Positions 44,733-53,434 of a stretch of DNA of 59,132 nt are shown here, in pieces. The position numbers and the translations under genes are program-made. Source of the DNA: Chitinophaga pinensis. GTDB taxonomy: Bacteria > Planctomycetota > Phycisphaerae > Phycisphaerales > SM1A02. A model generated the notes under the pieces. It was not told where the DNA came from, ran no database searches, and saw only the letters and a program-made list of their open reading frames with translations. Numbering within the stretch: position 1 is the first letter of the stretch; every line of letters begins with the position of its first letter. Where the stretch lies: the NCBI GenBank assembly GCA_943329105.2, contig CALQCP020000001.1, positions 1-59,132 of the forward strand, given 5' to 3'.

Positions 44733-46015
44733 GGATCTGCCAGGCCGGCCCGTATGTGTTCGATGCGGAGTAGTAACTCCGTGGAAGGCATAAAGCCTGA
44801 CACTGCCATCGAAACACAGGTGGCTGACAGATCATCCGCACGTGGGCGCGCGTTCGGGTTGAGCGCTCCAGCATCAAGCGCGGCCGCATAGCAGCGTCCC
44901 GCGTCCTCGGTATCACCAAGCAATTGATACCCGTCGGCAAGTGAACGCCATGAGGCGGCGCGGCGCAAATTCACAATGGTTTCGGCACGCGCCTCGAATT
45001 CTGCGCGCAACCGTTGCAATTCGACGCGAGCCGCGTTCGTGTCACCCATGCGGATACGCGATTTGGCAACAATCACCCCAAACAAGGCAGTGTCTTCAGG
45101 AAGAAACACCGTGGCTCGAAAGAGTTCCGAGGCGCGGTCGAGTTGCAGCGTTGCTAATTCCTTGTAGCCGTGAGCAAATAGCACGTCGGCCAACTGCACG
45201 TGGCACTTGACCTGCAGGTCCAAGGGCAGCCCCGGAAACGCGGCGCTCAAGGCCTTCAACGCACGCTCCCGACGAGATGCATCATCGACAACCCGGTCCA
45301 TCCAAGCCAAGTATCCATCGATCCCGCCACGAACCAAATCGAAATTCATGGTGGCAATCGCCTGATCAAACACATCTGCCTGCGCATCGAGTTGCGACTC
45401 CGGGAGTTTGGCTGTTCGTTCCGCTTCGATGCGACCGCGCTCCGCTTGTCGATCCGAGGAAACAGTTGCATACGCCTTGCCCTCATCGCCGAGCTTGACA
45501 TAGATCCGGGCGACCTCCGTGTCAACGAAGTCTTTACCCCACGTGCTTTCGCCCACATCCACTCGGAGTGCGCGAGCGGCACACTGACGGGCCTTATCAC
45601 CCTGGCCGAGCGCTGCATAACGCTGGCCGAGCAACGCGATGACATTTCCTTGGCGCCATCCCTGCATCTGGTCAGCGAGTTGTGCCGCTTGGTCAAGGAG
45701 ACCAAGCTCAAGGCACGCCTGCACAACCGCCTCCTGAACGCGGGATCGATCCCGCTCGTGCGGATCGATGGGCATTCGCGAAGCAACTGCAAATGCGGTC
45801 GCAAGCAGTGAAGTACGGGATCTCGTCAATTCGGCAGTTGCAGGCGAAACGGTTGCCCCGGAGGCCTTCGCAGTACTCAAGGATGCCGACGCTCCATGCT
45901 CTAAGCGATCCTTGGTGCTCCCCGACGAACACGCTACAGGCAGTGCCCCCAGTACCACTATGACCAAAGTCGCAAAGCTGAGAAGTCGGGTGTAGGACAT
46001 GTTCATGGACCCCAA
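44726..46015 (-). CDS. TPR-like helical-repeat lipoprotein
   Basis: Lipobox VVLGALPVAC. All-helical repeats rich in A/L/R/D. Its stop overlaps the TBDR start. Confidence 0.6.
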   Translation of the reverse strand: MGSMNMSYTRLLSFATLVIVVLGALPVACSSGSTKDRLEHGASASLSTAKASGATVSPATAELTRSRTSLLATAFAVASRMPIDPHERDRSRVQEAVVQACLELGLLDQAAQLADQMQGWRQGNVIALLGQRYAALGQGDKARQCAARALRVDVGESTWGKDFVDTEVARIYVKLGDEGKAYATVSSDRQAERGRIEAERTAKLPESQLDAQADVFDQAIATMNFDLVRGGIDGYLAWMDRVVDDASRRERALKALSAAFPGLPLDLQVKCHVQLADVLFAHGYKELATLQLDRASELFRATVFLPEDTALFGVIVAKSRIRMGDTNAARVELQRLRAEFEARAETIVNLRRAASWRSLADGYQLLGDTEDAGRCYAAALDAGALNPNARPRADDLSATCVSMAVSGFMPSTELLLRIEHIRAGLADPW

Positions 46016-46029
46016 GTAAAGAAGTCAGA

Positions 46030-46067
46030 GGCGTCTGGTGGAGAGAAACTCTCCTCCACCAGACGCC
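46030..46067 (-). terminator. Intercistronic 14-bp perfect stem-loop
   Basis: GGCGTCTGGTGGAG (46030-46043) and CTCCACCAGACGCC (46054-46067) with a 10-nt loop. Lies between the beta-helix gene stop and the next gene start. No clear U-tract, so it may be an attenuator or an mRNA-stability element. Confidence 0.45.
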
Positions 46068-46108
46068 CCTCGATCAAACAATTCTACCGATCACTCAACC
46101 CATCCAAC

Positions 46109-47815
46109 TTACGGGCATGCGCCCCAAGCACCGAGCAAGCTACCCAAGTCAGAACCCCCTACGGCGCCATCGCCATCGATGTCGCCGAAGCCAGAGCCGC
46201 CCCAGGCGCCGAGCAACAACCCAAGGTCCGGACCGCCAACTACGCGGTCACCGTTCAAGTCTGCCAAGCAAGCAGCCGCGCAGTTTGAAGAGGTGTAGCC
46301 GTACTGCGATGCAGCAGTCCAACCACAGAGCCAGTTATCCGTGCTACTGAAGGCACCACGATAGTTGGTAGCGGTCAAGAAGCTAGTGGCCGGAGTTGTA
46401 CCCACGCTGGTGGCTGCATCGTTGCGGGCGAGTGGGTCAAGGAAGATCACTGGCTGAACAATCACTGAGCCGTTAGTCACATTGGGACCACGAGTGATAG
46501 AAGCAATCGGCGATGCACTGGCAAGAACGTTGTTGTTTGCCGGTGCAAAGACGCCGCGAGCAGAAGCCTCGGTGTAAGCGGCAGCGTTGGTGTTGTTATA
46601 GAACACGGTATCAGTGAACTGAATCAGATTGCCGCTTGTCTGCGAGCGGTACGCCAGTGCAGGGTCAGCAAACGGGTTCACGGCGGAGTACACGTTGTAG
46701 GCCGTGGTCCAAGTGTTAGCCCACGTCGGAGTTCCGTTGTAACCGTAGCCAGTTTGACCGCCGGTGGCTTCGCCATCGGTGTTGTCATTCTTGATGACTG
46801 CATTACCAGTATCCATGAAGATGCAGTTATTCAACTGCGCACGGGCGTTGTCACGCCACTTGGTGGCGATCTTGCCGCTCAACGGCTGGCCGATCACAGT
46901 CATGTTGTACAGAGCCATGGTGGTTACTGGCTGAGCGTCGGACTTCTCCGCGCCGTCAAACTCCATTGCCGAGTCCGGGAAACCCGAACCCGCCGCGGCA
47001 CCAACAACCGAGTAACCAGAAACGATCAGACCAAACTGATGCTGACCGCGATGTCCTTGATCGATGTCAAAGGAATCGTCTCCAATGTTCCAAATGCTGA
47101 AGTACTTGATGCCGACGCATCCACCCCAGATTTCAATGCCGTCATCGACGTTATTCATGATGTCGATGTGATCGATAGTAGTGTCACGACCAACGCCACC
47201 GAGCGAAAGGCCATTCAACTCATTGCCAAGGCCAATCACCTTGCCACCGTAGCGCAGGGAACAAAACCGAAGCGATCCGCTGCTGTCGTTGTCATTGCCG
47301 CCACCGTAGAAAGTGCGCGTGTCGCCAGCGCCGGATCCGATCAGACCTTCCATGTTGGCGTAATTGCCCGCGTTCGGCGCGGCCGTATTGGTGGAAACAG
47401 CGCCCGCCCCGTACTTACCGATGAAGGCGTTGCCACAGATGGTGAGGTTGCCCCACTCGTTGGCAACCGCACGCCATTGTCCGCGCGGGTTGGTGGCGTT
47501 CCAGGTCAAGTAGTCGACCTTGGAAGTGAAGATGATTGGCTCCTGCGCAGTACCGACGCAGTTCAGGCGGGCGTCGCGAGTGACGGCGAGCGAACCACCA
47601 GTGTCACTGGCGATGATCGTTCCGGCCTCAATGGTCAGCGTGGCACCGTTGGTGAGGTAGCGGGCGCCTTGCAGGTTGTAGACGTTGTTCTTCGTCCAAG
47701 TAGTCGAGACGGTGATGTCCGACGACACCAATACTTCGGCGGCACCGGCAACGCTGCCGATCATCGAAGCGCTGATAGCGGCAGAGATTGCGAGTGTGTT
47801 CTTTGCAGTCTTCAT
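46109..47815 (-). CDS. Secreted beta-helix-like protein with C-terminal dockerin-like tandem repeat
   Basis: Signal peptide [20 protein letters not shown]-terminal [15 protein letters not shown]...[12 protein letters not shown]. Central [52 protein letters not shown]-terminal [21 protein letters not shown] / [21 protein letters not shown]. Confidence 0.7.
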   Translation of the reverse strand: MKTAKNTLAISAAISASMIGSVAGAAEVLVSSDITVSTTWTKNNVYNLQGARYLTNGATLTIEAGTIIASDTGGSLAVTRDARLNCVGTAQEPIIFTSKVDYLTWNATNPRGQWRAVANEWGNLTICGNAFIGKYGAGAVSTNTAAPNAGNYANMEGLIGSGAGDTRTFYGGGNDNDSSGSLRFCSLRYGGKVIGLGNELNGLSLGGVGRDTTIDHIDIMNNVDDGIEIWGGCVGIKYFSIWNIGDDSFDIDQGHRGQHQFGLIVSGYSVVGAAAGSGFPDSAMEFDGAEKSDAQPVTTMALYNMTVIGQPLSGKIATKWRDNARAQLNNCIFMDTGNAVIKNDNTDGEATGGQTGYGYNGTPTWANTWTTAYNVYSAVNPFADPALAYRSQTSGNLIQFTDTVFYNNTNAAAYTEASARGVFAPANNNVLASASPIASITRGPNVTNGSVIVQPVIFLDPLARNDAATSVGTTPATSFLTATNYRGAFSSTDNWLCGWTAASQYGYTSSNCAAACLADLNGDRVVGGPDLGLLLGAWGGSGFGDIDGDGAVGGSDLGSLLGAWGACP

Positions 47816-48092
47816 AGGATCAAATCTTTCTTGGTAGAAATTTCTCAGCCGAATTCAGGGCGACAGCATCAAACGGTGACCTATCGCGAAGGAGACAAAT
47901 CAATTCTGCTCCAAATATGTTTCCTTCGCGCTATGTGTTCTACGAAAGCACCGTTCATATTTGGTGAACTTCGTGTTGCCTTCTGGGACTTCTGCAAATT
48001 GCACCTAGATTCATGCGTAAACAGGCGTCGCTTAACAGTATCTGAATGGTTGCCTAAACCACTTCTGAACCAAACTATGTCTGTCCCAGGGC

Positions 48093-49535
48093 TTAGCGCT
48101 TGCTCTTGGACGCGCGCTCAACCTGTTCGATGTAACGAGCAATGTCATCGCGTGGCTTCAGTGACTGCGCATCACGCAGTAGCGGCAGCGCCTCGGTGAA
48201 CCTCCCTTGCGCAACGAACACCTGCGCAATCTTGACCTTGGCATTGGCAGCGAAGGCGTCGATGCGCGCCGCGCGTTCGTAATAGAGGATCGCCTTGTCG
48301 GGCTGAGAGGCGCGGTTGTAGTGTTGACCGAGCAGCATGAGTGCTTCGCCGTCAAGAGGATCCAGCGCAATGACCTCTTCAAGGACGGTGGCAGTTTCTG
48401 CATCGCCAGCACCGCTGTTCATGGTCAGGCGTGCCTGTAACTTCAACACCTTGCGGCGGTCGGTGTCACTGAGCGTGTCGTTCCAGTTGGCCTTTACATG
48501 GGTTAGTAGCGTCTTGGATTGCAGCAACCCACCGCGCGCAGCAAGCATCTCGGCCGCACGAATCGACCGCGAAACCGGCTGCGTCGGATTCTTGGTGATG
48601 GCTCGGTCGTAAGCACTCAGCGCCATGTCCGGAAGGGCTTCAGAAACATAAATATCTCCGAGCGTAAACAGGCTGTCCACCGTGGACTTGCCTATGGAAT
48701 CAAGCGCTTCCAGATTGACAGCCGCCTTCATTGGCTGCTTCAGACCCAGGTAGGTGTGTGCTTGCAGCAGCCAGAAATCCGCCTTGTCGGGGTAATTGGT
48801 GATCAGCACATCCAGCAGACTGGCGGCGTCTTCGTACTTCGCTTGCTTGAACACAGAGCGGGTCAGCCCCAGGCGCCACTCCACGTTGTCAGGCTGAAGC
48901 AGAAGTGCGTTGCGGTACGCCGCCTCGGACGGCTGGTAGTCACCCCGCGCCGAGTGGCAGAAGCCAAGCAGCCCGTACGAGTATGCGTCAGCGCCGCCCA
49001 GCTCAATCATCTTGTTGAATGCGGCAATTGCTGCTTCGTACTGGCTCTTGCGCGTGCAGATCAGGCCAATACTGCGGTAGGCGCGCCGGAAGTTGGGGAA
49101 CTTGGCCACTGCGTTTCGGTAATTCACCAACGCATCGTCGATCTTGTCTTGCTGAAATTGCACGCCGCCCAGCGTCAGGTCAATGACCGCCGAGACCTCC
49201 GGACGGACGGACTCCTTCAGAAGCGTCTCCGCGGCCGGGAGTTCCTCGGCCATCAGTTGCCGCACCAGTTCCAAGAGAGCCATGTCATCCTGAGCAATGC
49301 GAGGCTCTATGTCCGCACTCACGCCGTAGCCACCAATGAATGACTTCTGGAATCCCGGATCGTTCCAAATCACCGCGAGGTCTGGCTGCGAAATCTTCAT
49401 GGATGGCGGCGGCGCTTCGCCACCCACCCCGGCTGGGGCATTGGCCATGGACACGCAGGGCGCAGCACCCAACGCAGTGACTGCAATCAGGAGTCGGGCA
49501 ACAGATCGAATGTGTGCTGTAGTGTCAGAAGTCAT
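48093..49535 (-). CDS. Periplasmic TPR-repeat protein (TtpD-like position in the TonB operon)
   Basis: Signal peptide LLIAVTALGAAPCVSMANA. Numerous TPR units (e.g. YSYGLLGFCHSARGDYQPSEAAYRNALLLQPDN). Starts 3 nt after the tonB stop. Confidence 0.8.
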   Translation of the reverse strand: MTSDTTAHIRSVARLLIAVTALGAAPCVSMANAPAGVGGEAPPPSMKISQPDLAVIWNDPGFQKSFIGGYGVSADIEPRIAQDDMALLELVRQLMAEELPAAETLLKESVRPEVSAVIDLTLGGVQFQQDKIDDALVNYRNAVAKFPNFRRAYRSIGLICTRKSQYEAAIAAFNKMIELGGADAYSYGLLGFCHSARGDYQPSEAAYRNALLLQPDNVEWRLGLTRSVFKQAKYEDAASLLDVLITNYPDKADFWLLQAHTYLGLKQPMKAAVNLEALDSIGKSTVDSLFTLGDIYVSEALPDMALSAYDRAITKNPTQPVSRSIRAAEMLAARGGLLQSKTLLTHVKANWNDTLSDTDRRKVLKLQARLTMNSGAGDAETATVLEEVIALDPLDGEALMLLGQHYNRASQPDKAILYYERAARIDAFAANAKVKIAQVFVAQGRFTEALPLLRDAQSLKPRDDIARYIEQVERASKSKR

Positions 49536-49538
49536 GTG

Positions 49539-50261
49539 TTAACTCGGTTGAAAGCGAATCGGTACGCGCATACGACAACTCACGCGCTGGCCAGCTTTGA
49601 TGGCTGGCTCAAATTTCCATTGACGCACAGCAGCAAGTGCGGGCGCCTCAAATTGTGGGTGTGATGATTTCTCCACGCGCGGATTCACCACACGACCCGT
49701 GTCATCAACAATGAAGATCAGCGTCACCACGCCCTCAACGTTGCGCGCACGCATTTCTGACGGATAGGCGCCCGCCACTTGGTGAACGGGGCGCGGACGC
49801 TGGTCGATCTCCGACATGCTGAACGCGCCCTGAAATTCCTGCTCGCCACCGCCAGCCTTGCCGGTTCCACCAATTCGGCCACCCGATGACAGCGAGGCAC
49901 CACCACCGAAATCCGAGGCGCCCCCGGCGCCGGCGCCATTGAGTGCCTGTTCCAACGCGCCCAAACTTGCAGAGTCCAGCGCCGGCGCATCATTGGAATC
50001 AGACGGCGTGTCAACCGCTGCCAGCACCTGATTGGGATCAGGCGGCGCGTCGGTAGGAGCCTTGAGGTCCGGCTGAACAACTTCCTTCTCTTCCTCAACT
50101 TTGTCTTTGTCCTTCTGGACATCTTCATTCAAGAGCTCAACATCGCGCCGGCTTGATTGAACGGTCTCGTCACTGAGAAACAAAATTCCACCAAAGGTAA
50201 TGATCACCGCGTGCACCAACAGTGCACCAACAATGCAGAGAATGATCTTGGTCTTGCTCAC
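49539..50261 (-). CDS. tonB: TonB family energy transducer
   Basis: GTG start (GTGA overlap). N-terminal TM IILCIVGALLVHAVIITFGGI, Pro/Asp-rich linker, C-terminal YPSEMRARNVEGVVTLIFIVDDTGRVVNPRVEKSSHPQFEAPALAAVRQWKFEPA. Confidence 0.85.
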   Translation of the reverse strand: MSKTKIILCIVGALLVHAVIITFGGILFLSDETVQSSRRDVELLNEDVQKDKDKVEEEKEVVQPDLKAPTDAPPDPNQVLAAVDTPSDSNDAPALDSASLGALEQALNGAGAGGASDFGGGASLSSGGRIGGTGKAGGGEQEFQGAFSMSEIDQRPRPVHQVAGAYPSEMRARNVEGVVTLIFIVDDTGRVVNPRVEKSSHPQFEAPALAAVRQWKFEPAIKAGQRVSCRMRVPIRFQPS

Positions 50262-50689
50262 TTCTTGTCTGTATTGATGCCGACCTTGGCGATACCAATC
50301 TTGCGGACTTCATCCAGAACACCCACTACGAACTTGAAGTCCGCGTTGCCATCGCTGTTGATAATCACCTTGGGATCCTTGGCAACCACCTTGTAGGTCT
50401 GCAACTTCATGGGCAACTGTGCCAGCGAAATCTTGTCTTTGTTGAAGAAGATCTCGCCCTTTTCATTCACGCTAATAGTGACCGCCTTGTCCAATTCAGA
50501 CTGCTCGCCCAGCGACTGCGCGGTGGTTGCACCGGGCAACGCCACTTGCACGCCCTGATTTTTGGACATGCTCAGCGAGACCATGATGAACGTGGCCAGC
50601 AGAAAGAAGATGATGTCGATCAACGGAATGATCTCAATGCGCGCGCCCTTCTTCTTGCCGCGCCGCATTCCGCCGCCGCCGCCGGCCAT
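50258..50689 (-). CDS. exbD: ExbD/TolR biopolymer transport protein
   Basis: IEIIPLIDIIFFLLATFIMV, then a periplasmic domain with ...VIINSDGNADFKFVVGVLDEVRKIGI. Confidence 0.9.
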   Translation of the reverse strand: MAGGGGGMRRGKKKGARIEIIPLIDIIFFLLATFIMVSLSMSKNQGVQVALPGATTAQSLGEQSELDKAVTISVNEKGEIFFNKDKISLAQLPMKLQTYKVVAKDPKVIINSDGNADFKFVVGVLDEVRKIGIAKVGINTDKK

Positions 50690-50690
50690 C

Positions 50691-52214
50691 TCAGGATCCT
50701 CCCAGCGACGTTGAGGTCCCGTGGTACGGATCGACTCGCAACGTTAACTCTTCCTCTTCCGCTTCCGCTTCTTCTTGAGCGCGCTTGGTTGCTGCAGCGC
50801 CGCGCGGATGAGTCTCCACCAACAACTTCAACTGCTCACCGGCTGCCAGCATTTCCGTCTCAATGCCTTCGATGCGGTTGTTGAGGTAATTGAATGGCAA
50901 CAGCGAAGTAATGGCGATCACCAGTCCGAAGGCGGTAGCGATCAGCGCCTCGGAAATACCTCCAGTGATGGCGCCCGGCGAACTGAGGTCGCCGCCGATC
51001 GAGGAGAATGACGCCATCATGCCCGTCACCGTTCCCAGCAGTCCAAGAAGTGGCGCCAAGGTAATGACCGTGTCCAGGATGGCAATGCCGCGTCGATAGC
51101 GCTTCAGCGCGCGTGTCTCTGCGTACACCAAGGCGTGACCCAACGATTGGTCGCGGTGTTCAAGCGCATAGCCAAGAGTGATGACCACTGCATCCTTGGA
51201 GTTCTTGGCAATCGCAATCGCGGCAGCGAGGTCGCCCTTGCCGACCTCTACAAAGAACTTCGCAATCGTCTTGGGGCTGCGCTTTCGTTGTTCGGTCAGC
51301 AGGAACAGCAGACGTTCCAGTACCACCGCTACCGCCGCTACTGACGCGAAGAGCAGCGGCCACATGATCGGTCCGCCCTTCTCAAAGATGTGCACGATGT
51401 TGGTCTTCTGTACCAGCGCCTTCAGCGCACCGCCGCGGGATGGATCAAGCGGTAGCGTTCCCTCACCCGAAGCGACCAGCGTGGCGATCGAGCCAGAGAG
51501 TTCCCCCTCCAGTTGGCGCACCAGCGGATTGACTGATCCAACCTGTGCAACAGCAATGCCCGCCATGCCGGAATCAGCGCGGAACAGCGCGATCGGTCCG
51601 ATCATGGCGAATTGCCCCTGCAACACTGCTCCCATGGTGTCCACGGAGACGCCCGCAAAGCGCATCCCACCGACCACATCAAAGAGCCGCTTGATGGTCA
51701 GTTCGGTAAATGTGGTCTGTCGAGCAAAGCGCTCCACCGGAGTGAGCGTCTTGTTTTCCACGGCTTGCTTGGCCTTTTCAACGGGCTCCGCATAGACCTG
51801 CATCTCACCCACACCAACTTTGGTTTCAAAGGTCCGGGCGTACTCATCAAGCAGACTGCCGATGTAACTCAGCTCATCTTGACGAACCTTCATCTCGGCC
51901 TTCAACGTGCCGATTTCCAACGCGCCGGCATCAACGAGGCGTTGCACCTTGTCGCCATCTTTGCGAAGTTGCACAACACCTTCTTCCAGCGAGGTGAGTT
52001 CCTGAGCGAGCGGCAACTTCTCAGCGGAGACCAGCGCGCGCACACTGTTGAGCTCGCCAATACTCTTGTTGAGCTCGCCCTCTGCGCTGCGCGATGCCTT
52101 GCCGATGGCCGGGTTGACCTCTGCAGGCTGCGCCGCTGGTGCCTGCGCGTGCGCAGCGCCAACTGCCAGAAGCGCTGCGGCTGCCATACGAATGGTTGAT
52201 TTGAGTGTCATCAT
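50691..52214 (-). CDS. exbB: MotA/TolQ/ExbB proton-channel protein with approximately 280 aa periplasmic N-terminal extension (TtpC-like)
   Basis: ATG 52214 overlaps the upstream stop (ATGA). Signal peptide AAAALLAVGAAHAQA, coiled-coil extension, then the MotA/ExbB core MWPLLFASVAAVAVVLERLLFL ... LGLLGTVTGM ... ALIATAFGLVIAI. Confidence 0.85.
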   Translation of the reverse strand: MMTLKSTIRMAAAALLAVGAAHAQAPAAQPAEVNPAIGKASRSAEGELNKSIGELNSVRALVSAEKLPLAQELTSLEEGVVQLRKDGDKVQRLVDAGALEIGTLKAEMKVRQDELSYIGSLLDEYARTFETKVGVGEMQVYAEPVEKAKQAVENKTLTPVERFARQTTFTELTIKRLFDVVGGMRFAGVSVDTMGAVLQGQFAMIGPIALFRADSGMAGIAVAQVGSVNPLVRQLEGELSGSIATLVASGEGTLPLDPSRGGALKALVQKTNIVHIFEKGGPIMWPLLFASVAAVAVVLERLLFLLTEQRKRSPKTIAKFFVEVGKGDLAAAIAIAKNSKDAVVITLGYALEHRDQSLGHALVYAETRALKRYRRGIAILDTVITLAPLLGLLGTVTGMMASFSSIGGDLSSPGAITGGISEALIATAFGLVIAITSLLPFNYLNNRIEGIETEMLAAGEQLKLLVETHPRGAAATKRAQEEAEAEEEELTLRVDPYHGTSTSLGGS

Positions 52215-53227
52215 TTGATTGTGATTGGAAGGGGGACGAAGGATGGCGTTTGTTTGCCCTGAATGATTTCCAACGCTTGCATGATCTGGTTTGACGTGGC
52301 AGCGGAAGCGGATTCCCACTTCCATCCATCCTCAGTGGGACGACCAATCCCAGCCAATCCGCGCGGACTGATGTAGTACGCCTGCGCTAGACCAACATAG
52401 AACACTTGCACCTCGCTGGATGAACCATCCGCGAGCGTTCGAATCTCATAGGAAACCGAAATTTCGCTGTTTGCCTTGTTCAATTCGTTGAGAATGCCCA
52501 GGACGTTCTGGAAGCGCTCGGCAGTGGACACGCGCGTATTCGTTGGGTCTGCAGGCATGCGCTGCATCAACGGCAGCAGCTTTGCACTGACTGGCTCGGG
52601 CATCATCTTGGCAAGTTTGCGCACCTGGTCTTCCATAGTGGTCACCGCGTCCGAAAGCTGCGCGGTGACGGCCTTGAGTTGATCGTTCTCCGCCACCAGT
52701 TCGTCGCGCTTCTTGTTGGACTCCACCACCGCCAATTCTGACTGGGTGATTCGATCCTTCAGGACGCCCACTTCCTTACCAACCAGTTCAATGCGCCCCT
52801 GCAGAATTTCTTTGCCCTGCTGCCAATCGTTGCGCTCCTTGGAAATGATCTGCTGCGTCTCGATCCACTTGTTCAAGGTCAATCGGGTCTCGTCGAGCGT
52901 GGCCGGCGGGGCTGGAGGCGCGGCGGGAGTTGCTGCCGGCGCAGTCTTGGGCTTCGCGGCAGTCCCGGAGGCCTTTGGCTTTTTGTCGCCTGGCTTGGCG
53001 GCCGGAGTTGGCTTGGTCGCCGGAGCGGGCGCGGTCTCCTTTGTTTCGGGCGCGGTCTCCTTGGCTTTGGGCGGGGTCTGCTTTGTTTCGGGCGCAGCGT
53101 CCTGCAGCGGCTGTGCGAATGCTGCGATCGGCTCAACCAGGAACGTGACAATGGCGACCGACGCCAATGCCATGATCCAATAGCGGCCGCGTTGCGCGAG
53201 GGCAGTCAGAAGTTTGGGACTATTCAT
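52211..53227 (-). CDS. DUF3450-like periplasmic coiled-coil protein (TtpB-like position)
   Basis: Signal/anchor YWIMALASVAIVTFLVEPIAAFA, Pro/Ala/Lys/Thr-rich linker, long coiled coil. First gene of the TonB operon. Family call from context and memory. Confidence 0.55.
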   Translation of the reverse strand: MNSPKLLTALAQRGRYWIMALASVAIVTFLVEPIAAFAQPLQDAAPETKQTPPKAKETAPETKETAPAPATKPTPAAKPGDKKPKASGTAAKPKTAPAATPAAPPAPPATLDETRLTLNKWIETQQIISKERNDWQQGKEILQGRIELVGKEVGVLKDRITQSELAVVESNKKRDELVAENDQLKAVTAQLSDAVTTMEDQVRKLAKMMPEPVSAKLLPLMQRMPADPTNTRVSTAERFQNVLGILNELNKANSEISVSYEIRTLADGSSSEVQVFYVGLAQAYYISPRGLAGIGRPTEDGWKWESASAATSNQIMQALEIIQGKQTPSFVPLPITIK

Positions 53228-53434
53228 GGTTCATCAGCCTTCGCCCAGAGCCTGGGCGTTGCAAGTGCGAAGTGGGGCAAAGCCGCGTGCGCGACACCCC
53301 ATCCGTGGCCGAGAGGCTATGGATCACGCATATCCCGTCTGTAAGGGTTTGGTTCAGATTGTGTTAGCGCCCGCCAATTGGGCCCCCAGAGGCCGGAATC
53401 CAGCCCCACCCTGCCTCGCGTACACCACCAATTG

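Noticed and set aside
47816-48092. Cobalamin riboswitch or Fur box upstream of the TBDR operon
   Set aside because: I could not find a B12-box-like sequence or a GATAATGATAATCATTATC-like palindrome on either strand by eye. An Infernal or PWM scan would be needed to exclude them fully.
46754-48199. 481 aa + strand ORF
   Set aside because: It is antisense to the beta-helix gene and runs through the AT-rich intergenic region into the TPR gene. The translation is R/V/G-rich with no domain signature. The minus-strand gene has a signal peptide and dockerin repeats.
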